From an uncultured virus (IMG/VR IMGVR_UViG_3300031566_000004) (Duplodnaviria; Heunggongvirae; Uroviricota; Caudoviricetes), in the IMG/VR virus record IMGVR_UViG_3300031566_000004: DNA of 64,000 nt; one strand, given 5' to 3'. How positions within the stretch are numbered: the stretch's first letter is position 1; each line of letters begins with the position of its first letter. The notes beneath the pieces were generated by a model. It was not told where the DNA came from and ran no database searches. It saw nothing but the letters and a program-made list of their open reading frames with translations. A program made the translations under genes and the position numbers. Of this stretch, positions 45,961 through 56,654 are shown piece by piece.

Positions 45961-46121
45961 TAAATATCAGTATAAATATAAAACCTGAAACATACAAACC
46001 ACCTTTAATTTCTTCAGATTTATCAGCACAAATGTTAAAATATTATAATGACTTAGGTATTATGCCTATTGACACTACTAAATATTATAATCAAAAAAAA
46101 AATAATATAAACATTATATAA
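45957..46121 (+). CDS. MINI-start mini-protein (54 aa)
   Basis: MINISINIKPETYKP...; ATGA overlap with the previous ORF. Confidence 0.55.
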   Translation: MINISINIKPETYKPPLISSDLSAQMLKYYNDLGIMPIDTTKYYNQKKNNINII

Positions 46122-46122
46122 T

Positions 46123-46461
46123 ATGAGCAAATTTCACCAAACTAGACTATTAACAAGAATAATAACACGCAATAATAAAGAGTCTGCTGAAGATAAGCAG
46201 CGAAAGTATTTAGAAGAGTTAGGTATATCTATGGATGATGAGAATTCTAACTCAAAATCAATTGAACTAGAAGAAGTTTGGACGGAATTTAGTTTAGACT
46301 TATCTGCTGTTTCTGGTTTTTATAAGACTATTAAAATGAACGAAGATGATTCTGAACAAGAATGTACACATGTTTATTGGGATGGCATTGACGTTATTAT
46401 TGAGGATACGTATAAAATATTTTTTGATGTTATTGAAGAATATAATAAAGTTCAGAGGTAA
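46123..46461 (+). CDS. hypothetical acidic protein
   Basis: 112-aa ORF followed by a terminator. Confidence 0.65.
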   Translation: MSKFHQTRLLTRIITRNNKESAEDKQRKYLEELGISMDDENSNSKSIELEEVWTEFSLDLSAVSGFYKTIKMNEDDSEQECTHVYWDGIDVIIEDTYKIFFDVIEEYNKVQR

Positions 46462-46495
46462 ACGTTCTTTAGATTGATTCATGTTCATACTACGC

Positions 46496-46526
46496 ACCCT
46501 CCCTTATACCTCGGGGAGGGTTTTTT
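46496..46526 (+). terminator. intrinsic terminator
   Basis: ACCCTCCC/GGGAGGGT stem plus T-run. Confidence 0.7.
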
Positions 46527-46603
46527 ATATCTAGTTTTTATTGGTAAACTCCTAAAATTTTTATATATTATTATATAAAGAAGAAACTAAATAATATTAT
46601 ATA

Positions 46604-47866
46604 ATGAGTACAGGGAACACTAAAACTAAAGGTAATAAGGGTAATAACTTTCCTTTTCAGCATAAGGTGCTATTAGCTATGAAGGACTTACTAGCGTCTT
46701 CAGGTGGACCACAACCTCCAGGCGGATGGGCTACTGAATCTACACTGAATAGTGTACTTAATAGTATACTTGCTACTCAAGATATTGAAATATTATTAGT
46801 AAGAGATACTGGTAATTCTGATCAAGTAGTTCAGCAAATTAGGGAATATGACCAAGGAACAGGAACATGGATTACTAGATACGAAGATGTTAGTGGCGCA
46901 GCATATGTACCTGTAGGTCCTTTAGAATATTTAGATCCTTCTGCAGTACTAAACTTAATGCTCTCTGAATTATTAGCACTTAACGCAGGCGGGCCTTTGT
47001 TAACAGAAGCTACATTTGCAGCAGAAGACTTTGCTACAGAGCTTACATTAGCAGGAATTAAAACACAAACGGATTTATTTAACTTCTTAGGTACAGCTTT
47101 AGAAGTTAATGTTACATCATCTGTGTTACCAACAGGAGCTGCAACGGAAGCTACTCTTAACTTAGTAGATAGCAGTCTTGCAGCAATTAACACAGATATA
47201 CAATTAACTAATATTGAGCTTGGTAATATTCTTTCAGCTTTTAATGCTGAGGATTTTGCACAAGAAGCGACTCTTGCAGCTTTTAGTGCTAAATTGAATA
47301 CTCTAGGTCAAAAGCTTTCATCAGCTTCTACACCAGTAGTCTTATCTACAGAACAACAAGTTATTCTTGACGCTATTAAGACGGCTGTTGAAAATCTAGA
47401 CCTAGATGTTGACGGTTTAGCTACTGAGACTACTCTAGAAGCTATTAGAGTTTTAACTGTCGGTATTGATAATGTATTAGACGCTATTAAGGCAGATACT
47501 GGAAATATGCTTACCAGCTTAGCTACTGAAGCTACCTTGTTAGACGTTGAAACAGCTATTGATGCAGTTAAATCAGACACTGGTGCAATGGTTATTGATC
47601 TTGCAGCTATTGAAGCAAATACTCAACCTGCTTTATTACAATCATGCGGTCATATAGATCTAAGTAATACTACAGGAATATTTGGTAATGGTAGTAAATC
47701 ATTTACTATTATTATAGAGTCTGGTACTGCATCAATCGGAGGCTTAACTAAACCAGCACCTTATGGAGTAACTTTTAGTGCAGATAGTAATGGTACATTA
47801 GGAGGTATAGCATATGATGCAACAGTGGACGCATTAGCGGTAGTAACTGCAGTAAGAGTACAATAA
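46604..47866 (+). CDS. putative virion fibre/structural protein with ATExTL repeats
   Basis: about 7 copies of ATExTL-like motif; first gene after a late-type promoter. Confidence 0.6.
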   Translation: MSTGNTKTKGNKGNNFPFQHKVLLAMKDLLASSGGPQPPGGWATESTLNSVLNSILATQDIEILLVRDTGNSDQVVQQIREYDQGTGTWITRYEDVSGAAYVPVGPLEYLDPSAVLNLMLSELLALNAGGPLLTEATFAAEDFATELTLAGIKTQTDLFNFLGTALEVNVTSSVLPTGAATEATLNLVDSSLAAINTDIQLTNIELGNILSAFNAEDFAQEATLAAFSAKLNTLGQKLSSASTPVVLSTEQQVILDAIKTAVENLDLDVDGLATETTLEAIRVLTVGIDNVLDAIKADTGNMLTSLATEATLLDVETAIDAVKSDTGAMVIDLAAIEANTQPALLQSCGHIDLSNTTGIFGNGSKSFTIIIESGTASIGGLTKPAPYGVTFSADSNGTLGGIAYDATVDALAVVTAVRVQ

Positions 47867-47878
47867 AAACACTAAGAT

Positions 47879-48352
47879 ATGTCAGGATCAGGAATAGCCT
47901 TTTTAGGCCATGATAAAAATATAGTAGAAGATAGTTTAGTACAAGATGCTAATCAAACACAAGACTTCAACAACTTTCAACAAGAATTTAAAGATGGTAA
48001 GCTGTATCTTAATAATACTATGCTATATGTTGAAGAGCAAGACTTAGGTAACTTAGGTGCCACTCTTAACTTAGATTTTACGCAAGGTTCTAATAGTAAA
48101 CATGGCAACTTAAATAATGCGTCTTTAACTATCAATGTTCCTACATTAAATATTAAAGGAGCTTCTTCGGGTAAAATCTGGATTACTAATACTGTTGGTG
48201 CTAATACTGTTACTAAAGGGACTAATGTTGTTACTAGTGACGGAGACGCAATAGAATTATCCCAAACTATAGGGATGGTGGATGTGTTATACTGGTCAGC
48301 ATCTGAAGTCAAAGGTTTAGTTTTAATATCAGTTGTAAAAAATGTAGCTTAA
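47879..48352 (+). CDS. putative tail-associated protein
   Basis: beta-rich, GMVDVLYW motif, operon context. Confidence 0.5.
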   Translation: MSGSGIAFLGHDKNIVEDSLVQDANQTQDFNNFQQEFKDGKLYLNNTMLYVEEQDLGNLGATLNLDFTQGSNSKHGNLNNASLTINVPTLNIKGASSGKIWITNTVGANTVTKGTNVVTSDGDAIELSQTIGMVDVLYWSASEVKGLVLISVVKNVA

Positions 48353-50043
48353 TGTTGCCTATTGAAGACATAGCAGGAAGAACAGGAAGTATTCCATTAA
48401 TAGCATCTGTTGTATTAAAGACAACTGCAGTGGGCCCTATAACTTTTAATTTTCTTAAAACAGGTTCTCCTTTGTATTATGATATGGGTGATGGTTCTAC
48501 TTATACAAGTAATTTTGTTCTTCATAATTATGTTCTTGCTGGAGAAAAAACAATTACTATATATGCTGATGATCCAGCTCTTATAACAGGAAGTGGTTTT
48601 AATAACGGGAGAAATCTAACTTATGTAGATTTATCAATGACTACTAATATGACGGGTGCGTTTAATTTTAGTACTAATAATATTACAACTTTTATTCCAC
48701 CTACATCTACTGCAGGGTTTAGTAACTTTAGAATGGATAACAATCCATATGCTGGAGTATTAGACTTAACACCGTTTAGAATATCAGGTTTGCTTTATTT
48801 GTATAGCATGCCTAGTATTACAAGTATTGACTTAAATACTGATGTTTCCCAAGTATGTACAGATTTTAGAGGATATAACTCTGGATTTACTGGAACTTTT
48901 GATTTTAAAGGAGTGTCAGTAAATGGTAGTAACTGTTGGTTACACCAATGTCCTAATTTAACACAAATATCTCATAAAATAGCAGCGGGTCAAAGTATAA
49001 CAAGTTATGCCTGCCATCAGTCTAATATTACAGGAGTTCTTGATTTATCGCAAATAGAAATTAAAACTTTTTATTCTTTCTATGATAACCCTAACATGAT
49101 TGATATCTTACACAAAGCTACTACAACAATAGCAATGAATAGATATTTTGCTTGGAACACTGGTCTTGTCAATCTTGATACAAGTATGATTGGAGCTATG
49201 GGTGGTAGTATTAGAGTATACAATTGCCCTGATTTAGAAAGTATTACTTTCCCTTTAAGTACAGCAACACCAACTACATCTGCATGGTTACATAATAACC
49301 CAAAACTGGAAGAGGCTAACTTAGCAGGATTTGCTAATATTAATGGTGGTTTAAGTCTATATTCTAATGGATCTATGACTGATGTATATTTTCCACCAAT
49401 ACAAGGTACTGGATCTATAAGTATAGCAGCTTATGATTGTGATTTAATGTCCACTTGGGATTTAAGTAAGGTTAATCTGACCGGCCCTCAAAACATGGGT
49501 GATTTATCCCCTGGAGGAATACCTGGAGTTAGTAATGTTACTAACTTTATTTTTAATCCTACTAACGGAAATGGTATAACTTTATGGAATACCCAGTATT
49601 TAGAAAATCTTATTGGGTTAGATTTTTCAGTAATGCCTGTTGCATCTCTAGATAATTTAACGTCTTTTTCCACTTTTCGGCATGATAATATGAGTGCTGG
49701 GATACAATTTCCTTTAAGCTCTTGTGTGTTAAGTGGATTCGCAGTATATCAAACAAATATTAGTAATACACCAGGCGGTGGTGTAGGTATTATAGATATT
49801 ACACAATTACCTAATATGACAGATACCAATAATCATTATTCTACTCTAATATATAATGGTTGGACTACAGCTCAAGTAAACGAAATGCTTGTACTTTATG
49901 ATACTATATCAGTTGGTGGTTATACAGGAAGAACTATACAAATAAATAATAACCCAGCACCAGACAGTATATCGGGTGGTTTTGATGGATTAACAGCCAA
50001 AGCTAATTTAATAGCAAAAGGATTTAATGTAATAACAGCATAA
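48352..50043 (+). CDS. leucine-rich-repeat-like putative receptor-binding protein
   Basis: repeated L..(I/L)DL(S/T) and N..L..I units; PKD-like DMGDGS at the N-terminus. Confidence 0.6.
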   Translation: MLPIEDIAGRTGSIPLIASVVLKTTAVGPITFNFLKTGSPLYYDMGDGSTYTSNFVLHNYVLAGEKTITIYADDPALITGSGFNNGRNLTYVDLSMTTNMTGAFNFSTNNITTFIPPTSTAGFSNFRMDNNPYAGVLDLTPFRISGLLYLYSMPSITSIDLNTDVSQVCTDFRGYNSGFTGTFDFKGVSVNGSNCWLHQCPNLTQISHKIAAGQSITSYACHQSNITGVLDLSQIEIKTFYSFYDNPNMIDILHKATTTIAMNRYFAWNTGLVNLDTSMIGAMGGSIRVYNCPDLESITFPLSTATPTTSAWLHNNPKLEEANLAGFANINGGLSLYSNGSMTDVYFPPIQGTGSISIAAYDCDLMSTWDLSKVNLTGPQNMGDLSPGGIPGVSNVTNFIFNPTNGNGITLWNTQYLENLIGLDFSVMPVASLDNLTSFSTFRHDNMSAGIQFPLSSCVLSGFAVYQTNISNTPGGGVGIIDITQLPNMTDTNNHYSTLIYNGWTTAQVNEMLVLYDTISVGGYTGRTIQINNNPAPDSISGGFDGLTAKANLIAKGFNVITA

Positions 50044-50045
50044 TT

Positions 50046-50429
50046 ATGATAACAAAGACAATAGAAAGAAATACTGGTACTGGATTTACTGAAGTAAGTT
50101 TTGAAGAAACTGTACATAATAGTACTGATATTCTTAAAGCTAGATGTGTGAAATCTATATATGATTATGATAATAACAGAATAGAGCATATATTTAAGGT
50201 AGACATCTACAATTCATCTAATGTATTTCAATCAACATATTACGCTACTTATATGGATTACAACAAACCAGCAGTTATAGAAGCAGAATATGATGAGTCA
50301 GGAGACTGGGTTCAGGACATTGAAACAATAGAAGAGGCTGATAACAGGATAGATCAATTAGATGCTTTATTTGCATCACAAATTAAACCGTTATTAATAG
50401 CGGGTATGAAAAAACACTTAGGATATTAA
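50046..50429 (+). CDS. hypothetical protein
   Basis: 127-aa ORF in operon. Confidence 0.6.
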   Translation: MITKTIERNTGTGFTEVSFEETVHNSTDILKARCVKSIYDYDNNRIEHIFKVDIYNSSNVFQSTYYATYMDYNKPAVIEAEYDESGDWVQDIETIEEADNRIDQLDALFASQIKPLLIAGMKKHLGY

Positions 50430-50431
50430 TT

Positions 50432-51271
50432 ATGGCAGAGTCAAGTATAATTTTCACAGCACCTCAAGGTTTACAGTCTGTATTAGATACAGGTAGTATA
50501 GCTACATTAACAGGCCCTTTAACTATTAATAGTGGAGGACAACCTATTATATTTAACAATATAGAGATTACTGATAATTTTGGTGCAAAATATGATGCTG
50601 ATTATTCAGCAACAGGGACATTAGACCCTAGATGGATACCTGATTATGAAGCAGTACAAACATTGGTTTCAGGGCATGATCTACAAGCAGTGCTTGATAC
50701 AGGTTCTTTCGCTCTAACTGTAAATGATATATTCTGTTATACAGGTACAAATGGTAATGATAGATCTGGTTTCTATACTAAGTATGGGGCAGGTAATAGT
50801 GTAGGAGTAAGTTCTTATAAAAAAGTAGGAGCTAATTCAGAAGTGTCTACTGCATCAGATGCAACTAATGAAAGTATATTAGCTGAATTAGTTGATGACA
50901 ATAATCAAAAAGCTTGGTTTAGAATGCAAGTTACAGGTACTGGAGGCGCAGCTGTTCCTGACGGTGTTTGGGCTATGACTAATGCAGTAACAGGAACATA
51001 CATAAGCTTAGATAAAGATACATTTAGAATTAACACAGATGGTGGTACTTACCAATCTGTAGGTCAGTATATTGTAAATGGTGCTTTTGTGGATGAGTCT
51101 TTTGTACCGAAGCTTTATGTAGATCAATTATTTGCTACCGGTCAAACTTATACTGTATCTAATGCAACATTAGACAGAACATTTGATGCTGATAGTACTA
51201 CTCTTAATGAACTTGCTGATATAGTAGGGACTTTGATTACAGATTTAAAAACAGTAAACATTATATTATAA
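50432..51271 (+). CDS. putative tail fibre protein
   Basis: LQxVLDTGS twice; C-terminal LADIVGTLITDL helix. Confidence 0.55.
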   Translation: MAESSIIFTAPQGLQSVLDTGSIATLTGPLTINSGGQPIIFNNIEITDNFGAKYDADYSATGTLDPRWIPDYEAVQTLVSGHDLQAVLDTGSFALTVNDIFCYTGTNGNDRSGFYTKYGAGNSVGVSSYKKVGANSEVSTASDATNESILAELVDDNNQKAWFRMQVTGTGGAAVPDGVWAMTNAVTGTYISLDKDTFRINTDGGTYQSVGQYIVNGAFVDESFVPKLYVDQLFATGQTYTVSNATLDRTFDADSTTLNELADIVGTLITDLKTVNIIL

Positions 51272-51678
51272 TGGCTGTACTTGGGCAAATAAATTCAACT
51301 ACTACTATCCTTGAAGATGGTGATTTTACTGTATGTTGGGCATCAGCTAATAACTCTACTAGTAATCCTGATAATACATGGCTAGATAGACAAAATGGGA
51401 CGCCTACAGTTAACTCTCCTTATGTAGCTGTTGAAGATATGACAATAACAGGAATAGCAATTTCATCAAATGCCGTTGATACTTGGGGCATTGCTATATG
51501 GCTAGACGGTGGAGGAGGATTTGTTGTAATTCATACAGTAAGCGCTGTTAATTCAAAAAGTGCTCAAGATACAGGATTGAGTATTGATATAAACCAAGGA
51601 GATAGGTTAGCCATGAGAGTTTCTGGTGGAGGTAACCCTGACTATCCCAACTGTGATATTTATTTAAAATCAAGATAA
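51271..51678 (+). CDS. beta-sandwich tail-associated protein, paralog A
   Basis: aligns with the next ORF (EDGD...CW, P.VAV.DMTI, DTGL.IDINQGD, CDIYLKSR). Confidence 0.7.
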   Translation: MAVLGQINSTTTILEDGDFTVCWASANNSTSNPDNTWLDRQNGTPTVNSPYVAVEDMTITGIAISSNAVDTWGIAIWLDGGGGFVVIHTVSAVNSKSAQDTGLSIDINQGDRLAMRVSGGGNPDYPNCDIYLKSR

Positions 51679-52082
51679 TGCCAGAAGAATTAGGAAATAT
51701 AAATACAAATACAATTATAGTAGAAGACGGGGATATCATTTCATGCTGGTCTGTTGCTAAGAATAATGTCACAGCTACCGGAGAATGGTTCAGGAGGCAA
51801 GCAGGGACTTCTTCTGATACTTGTCCTTTTGTGGCTGTTACTGACATGACTATAATAGCGGTAGGTATTACTAATCAAGTAGTGACAACATGGTCAGTAG
51901 AAATTTTAGCAGATAGTGGTACTGGTCCTGTTCTTATACACACTATAACAGGAACAGCAGATAATAAACAAACAGATACGGGTTTGGCAATAGATATAAA
52001 TCAAGGTGATTTGATATCAATTAGACAAGGTACAGGGACTAGCACAGACCCTAGTTGTGATATATATTTAAAATCAAGATAG
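51678..52082 (+). CDS. beta-sandwich tail-associated protein, paralog B
   Basis: tandem duplicate of the previous ORF. Confidence 0.7.
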   Translation: MPEELGNINTNTIIVEDGDIISCWSVAKNNVTATGEWFRRQAGTSSDTCPFVAVTDMTIIAVGITNQVVTTWSVEILADSGTGPVLIHTITGTADNKQTDTGLAIDINQGDLISIRQGTGTSTDPSCDIYLKSR

Positions 52083-52634
52083 ATGAGTAATGCATTAAAT
52101 AGAACTACTAAACAATTTGTTAAAAATATTGTTCTAGAAAAATACAGCACTGACGATTGGATTATAGATCCGGACATGTCAGGTGTAAATGGGGTATTAA
52201 ACAAATATTGGAAAATAGTAGGAGATAATATCTCTGAGATGAATCAAGCAGAAAAGAATGCTGTAGATGATTTAACACCTTTATCAGAATACAAACACAT
52301 CCGGTATGTAGAAATTGATGATAAGACAGAAGAATTAATTCTTACAGGATATACTTTTGCTGGTAAACAGTTTTCTTTATCTGCTAATGCCCAAACAAAT
52401 ATATTAGCTTTATATACTACTAAAGATCATCCGGCAATATCTTACCCTATTAGTTACAACACTAAAGATGATGAAGAAGTTTTTAATATTCCGGATGCAT
52501 CTACATTAGAAGGAATGTATTTAACGGCCCTTGGTACTAAAAAAGCATACTTAGACTCAGGTACATCTATAAAAGAAGCAATACGAGCAGCTATAACAAA
52601 AGCTGAAGTAGACGCTATAATAGATCCAAGATAA
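52083..52634 (+). CDS. DUF4376-like tail fibre-associated protein
   Basis: AQTNI, KEAIRAAITKAEVDAI C-terminus. Confidence 0.55.
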   Translation: MSNALNRTTKQFVKNIVLEKYSTDDWIIDPDMSGVNGVLNKYWKIVGDNISEMNQAEKNAVDDLTPLSEYKHIRYVEIDDKTEELILTGYTFAGKQFSLSANAQTNILALYTTKDHPAISYPISYNTKDDEEVFNIPDASTLEGMYLTALGTKKAYLDSGTSIKEAIRAAITKAEVDAIIDPR

Positions 52635-52654
52635 ATATTAAATAAACCAACAAT

Positions 52655-52957
52655 ATGAAAACTTTCGTAAATAAAAGTACACTAATTAAAAATGAAGAGG
52701 GGAATACTTTAGGTTATTCTGATCTTGTTAAAGTAGGTTTAAATAAAGCTCCTCAAGGAGGATGGACACCTGACGAAATGAGAATGAGTATTAGAATATT
52801 AGATAAACTTGAAAATGTAGACTTAGACTCATCTGTTGAGTTTGAGGATACTGAATATACTTATATAGTTAAAACTTGCTTAGGTCTACGTTGGCCTTTT
52901 ATACACAAAAATGTAATAGAATTTGACGATTACTTAAAACAATTAAATGTAAAATAA
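52655..52957 (+). CDS. hypothetical protein
   Basis: 100-aa ORF. Confidence 0.6.
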   Translation: MKTFVNKSTLIKNEEGNTLGYSDLVKVGLNKAPQGGWTPDEMRMSIRILDKLENVDLDSSVEFEDTEYTYIVKTCLGLRWPFIHKNVIEFDDYLKQLNVK

Positions 52958-53262
52958 TGAACACAGAAACACTAACTTTGTTAATAGCCGTAGCAGGATC
53001 AGTAATACTAATATGCTTTACCATTATAGGATTTTTTATTAGTAGAGTAATTAGCGACGTTAAAAGTAACACGGGAAACATAGGTGAAAACAAAGGTAGG
53101 ATTGATCTTGTTAAACAGCAGCAACAGAATGATATCAAGCGTATAGAAGAACGTACAGAACTTGAGATACAAACTATGTCTAAAAAAATAGGAGAGTTGA
53201 GCTCAAGTATTGATCTTTTTGTAAAAGCTGCTATAGGTGGGAACTTAAACATTAAAAAATAG
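52957..53262 (+). CDS. membrane protein with coiled coil
   Basis: single N-terminal TM helix. Confidence 0.6.
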   Translation: MNTETLTLLIAVAGSVILICFTIIGFFISRVISDVKSNTGNIGENKGRIDLVKQQQQNDIKRIEERTELEIQTMSKKIGELSSSIDLFVKAAIGGNLNIKK

Positions 53263-53268
53263 TGAGAT

Positions 53269-53697
53269 ATGCCTGAATCAAAAGACAACAGTTGGACTGT
53301 TAAGAAGATATCTGCTACTATAGCTCTAGCTATTGGTCTTATTGTAGGTATTAACACTTTACAAGGTTATATCAAAGGATGGCTTCATGATGATGATTTA
53401 GTAAAAAAAGAATTAGTAGATGAAATTCGTAGAGAGTTATTAGATTCTATACATATACATAGAGTTGATACTTATAGATTAAAAAGGGAGGTTAAGACTT
53501 TTATTAAACATTATACAGATCAAGAAGTTAAAGGACAGCAATTTTTTGCGCTAAGCTTAAGAGTAGATACTGCGGGGGATCTTTGGTATAGAGATAAACA
53601 TGGCGATGTATATAGAGTAATTCCTGATTATGAAAGATGGTCTTATTACTATTATGATAAAACAGGTAAGTTTAAAATATGTTTTTGGGAACATTAA
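53269..53697 (+). CDS. membrane protein
   Basis: single N-terminal TM helix. Confidence 0.55.
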   Translation: MPESKDNSWTVKKISATIALAIGLIVGINTLQGYIKGWLHDDDLVKKELVDEIRRELLDSIHIHRVDTYRLKREVKTFIKHYTDQEVKGQQFFALSLRVDTAGDLWYRDKHGDVYRVIPDYERWSYYYYDKTGKFKICFWEH

Positions 53698-53717
53698 AAA
53701 AATTAATATAAATAATT

Positions 53718-54164
53718 ATGCCTTATAACGAACTTTATTCAGGATATTCAGCACCTGCAAATATTAAAAGAAAAAATGGTGCTAGATACTTATGGAAAAA
53801 AAATGGATTAATATATACACAAACGAGTGTACCAGAAGGTAATACTTGGGTAGTGGAAAGAGACGTTAATTTAAAAATTAATAAAGAAGTAGATACAGGG
53901 AATACTTGGGTTGACGGTAAACCAATATATAAAAAATTATTAACAGGCACTGGTTTTAGTGTATCAGGGTCTTACTCTATTATAGCTCATGGAGTAGATA
54001 ACTTAGAACAACTAATATCTAGTTCAGGTTATGTTGGTACGTCAGGAGGTCCGCAGTATTCTACATATGCTAACTACGTAGATGGTGTTGGTAATTTTAG
54101 ATTTTTTTGGACAGGAGGCGGTGCTTATGACTATGCTTTTTATATTGAATATACTAGAGCATAA
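53718..54164 (+). CDS. tail fibre C-terminal-like domain protein
   Basis: EVDTG.TWVDGKPIYKK...IEYT pattern. Confidence 0.6.
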   Translation: MPYNELYSGYSAPANIKRKNGARYLWKKNGLIYTQTSVPEGNTWVVERDVNLKINKEVDTGNTWVDGKPIYKKLLTGTGFSVSGSYSIIAHGVDNLEQLISSSGYVGTSGGPQYSTYANYVDGVGNFRFFWTGGGAYDYAFYIEYTRA

Positions 54165-54324
54165 TGGCTGAAATATTATTAAATGAGGAAAATTTCCCAA
54201 TATACCCTGGGATACCTCACAGAGAAGACATAAAAATATATGAAGATGACGTAGATGACTGTTATAAAATTTATGATAAGGAATCTAATGAATTAATAAT
54301 ATGCATACCTAGACAAACAGAACT

Positions 54325-54876
54325 ATGAAAGATTTAAAAATATATACAGGAGATTTAATAACGTTTAGGTTTAAGTTTAAATTATTAAAACCTAGAACAT
54401 GGGGTAATGGTTTAGTAGGATCTTGGTTAAAATTCAGATATAAGGAAAATTACAGCCATTCAGGGATATATGCTTATGTGTCAGGTCAACCTTTAGTTTT
54501 ACAGTCTAGTATGTTGAAAGGAGTTAATCTAGAGAATATGAAATTAATAGATCCTGAAACAGAAATAATAATTACAAGAGATAAAAACTCTAAAGGAGCT
54601 GTTAGACGAGGTCTAAAGTACTTAGGGAAGAAATATGGTATATTGACCATACTTAGCCATTCTATCTTCATACTAACCGGTAAATGGGTTAAAAGACCTA
54701 AACAAAATGATAGTTATATTTGTTCAGAATTAGCAGCAAGTGTATTTGGATATAACCAACCGTATAAATATAACCCGGTTACGTTATATAGAGCTTCTAA
54801 AGATAATACTATTTATAAAGGTACAGTAGGCGACTTGCTCTCAATTTTAAATAAAAACACTTTTAAAAGTAAATAA
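54325..54876 (+). CDS. permuted papain-like (NlpC/P60, YiiX-type) enzyme
   Basis: GDLI, YSHSGI, LGKKY, YICSEL. Confidence 0.75.
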   Translation: MKDLKIYTGDLITFRFKFKLLKPRTWGNGLVGSWLKFRYKENYSHSGIYAYVSGQPLVLQSSMLKGVNLENMKLIDPETEIIITRDKNSKGAVRRGLKYLGKKYGILTILSHSIFILTGKWVKRPKQNDSYICSELAASVFGYNQPYKYNPVTLYRASKDNTIYKGTVGDLLSILNKNTFKSK

Positions 54877-54935
54877 AAATTTGTATATTATTAATATATA
54901 GGAATCAACGCTATATAACAGAAAGATTAGAAATT

Positions 54936-55223
54936 ATGGGAGATTTTACAAGAAACGGTTTATTGAAAAGATACAGGTTTATCGAAACATACGCTATACA
55001 GTTTAAAGCTGAAGGTAAGCTTGACGAGTTAGCTGAACTTACTGCTCTTTTACAAATTAAATTAGATACTTGGGGAGAACCATTTATAGGTACAGGCTCT
55101 ACAGATAATCTTGATACTAGGATGCAACAAGTAGGTAAAGAACTCTTAGATAACATTAAAATGGAAACAAGAGAAGATTATAATAGTTTTGTAGAACTAG
55201 TAAATTTTGTAACTGCTTTATAA
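54936..55223 (+). CDS. hypothetical protein
   Basis: 95-aa ORF with its own promoter-like motif and terminator. Confidence 0.6.
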   Translation: MGDFTRNGLLKRYRFIETYAIQFKAEGKLDELAELTALLQIKLDTWGEPFIGTGSTDNLDTRMQQVGKELLDNIKMETREDYNSFVELVNFVTAL

Positions 55224-55246
55224 GACTTTATAAGTTAATAATATTT

Positions 55247-55274
55247 AAGGGTACTGTTTTGCAGTACCTTTTTT
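55247..55274 (+). terminator. intrinsic terminator
   Basis: GGTACTG/CAGTACC stem plus T-run. Confidence 0.65.
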
Positions 55275-55352
55275 ATTTCATATAAACTTTTAAACTTGCA
55301 AAGTTTAATAATTATATATATCTTTATATAATAAACTTATAAAAATAATTTC

Positions 55353-55643
55353 ATGAAACAAACCAACGAACAACCTCAAGAAAAGCAGGTTGAATTAACT
55401 ATTGAGGAATTAAAAGCTCAATCAGAAGAACTAAGAGTAAAATTTGAAGCTAGACTTCCTATGTTAGAAGCTCAACTTAAGTATGAGGAACTACTTACTA
55501 AAATTGATGAGCAACGCCACGTTAGATGGGAGAAGATGGCTCAAAAAGCCTACACAGAGAACAATATTGCTAGTGCTTTAGAAGAAGAGGCAAGACAATC
55601 AGCACCTATCAAGCAAGGAACTCAAATTAAAAAATCTAAGTAA
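55353..55643 (+). CDS. coiled-coil hypothetical protein
   Basis: 96-aa ORF. Confidence 0.65.
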   Translation: MKQTNEQPQEKQVELTIEELKAQSEELRVKFEARLPMLEAQLKYEELLTKIDEQRHVRWEKMAQKAYTENNIASALEEEARQSAPIKQGTQIKKSK

Positions 55644-56248
55644 TGAGCTTTAGTTATGAAAATTTAAGAAATGTATATACCAGTAAAGGTTATGCGTTTT
55701 TTGATAAGGGAGAGTATAACTTAAACATTGGTGGTATTCGTGTAGAAGTAGACTATAATGTTTATGATGACTTTATTTTCGTAGCGTATAGGGATGATAA
55801 TGGTACGGCTAAACTTAAAGTTTATGAAGCTACTACTGATCCGGGTAAGTATTGGTTAAATAATCCAATGAACCCTAAAGGTTGTGCTATATTAATTCCT
55901 GGACAATACAGAAAATCTCATTCTGTAGGTTTACACAGAGGTGAATATGAAGCTTTAGTTCAAGTAGGTAAAGTAAAAGTATATAGAGATAACGACAGAG
56001 ATAATGAACATAACGTAAACCCTGAAGAAGTAACTACTGATGAAGGTATGTTTGGTATTAATATTCATAGATCTAATCCTTATAAAGCTAGTAACATTGT
56101 AGATAAGTGGTCTGCAGGATGTCAAGTATTTGCAGATCCTAATGATTTTAAAGAATTTATGAGCATTGTTAATAAAGCTAAACATAAGTGGGGTAATAAA
56201 TTTACTTATACCCTTTTGGAAATGGAAGACATTACTAATTATGGCTAA
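55643..56248 (+). CDS. putative endolysin with L,D-transpeptidase-like His/Cys motif
   Basis: TTDPG, GINIH, WSAGCQV. Confidence 0.65.
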   Translation: MSFSYENLRNVYTSKGYAFFDKGEYNLNIGGIRVEVDYNVYDDFIFVAYRDDNGTAKLKVYEATTDPGKYWLNNPMNPKGCAILIPGQYRKSHSVGLHRGEYEALVQVGKVKVYRDNDRDNEHNVNPEEVTTDEGMFGINIHRSNPYKASNIVDKWSAGCQVFADPNDFKEFMSIVNKAKHKWGNKFTYTLLEMEDITNYG

Positions 56249-56654
56249 ATTAAATAAAATACAAAAATCTGGAATATTAAATTTAGATGAAATGATAAAG
56301 GTGCAGTTAATTCTGCACTTTTATTTCGCTAATATTAAAGTTTCAGAATATGACTTAGAAAGTCTAGTTTTACTTTCAATACTTGGCCCTTCTGACTTAA
56401 GTCAGTTTTGTGATGCTGTTTCTTCAAAAGATTATAGAAACAGTGACGTTATAACAAGTATTTCTAAAGAAATATTTAAAACACCTCAAAGTGCACGTAA
56501 TGCTTTAACTAGACTGGAGAATAAAAATATTATAGTTAAAGAAGGTACTAGTAAAAAGAAAATTAAAATTAATCCTGATATCAATGTAGTAGTTAAAGGT
56601 AATATATTACTTGATATAAAGTTCTTAAGAAAAGATGACACCCCAGAAAGCTAA
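56241..56654 (+). CDS. winged-helix-like protein
   Basis: QSARNALTRLENKNII; start MAKLN. Confidence 0.55.
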   Translation: MAKLNKIQKSGILNLDEMIKVQLILHFYFANIKVSEYDLESLVLLSILGPSDLSQFCDAVSSKDYRNSDVITSISKEIFKTPQSARNALTRLENKNIIVKEGTSKKKIKINPDINVVVKGNILLDIKFLRKDDTPES

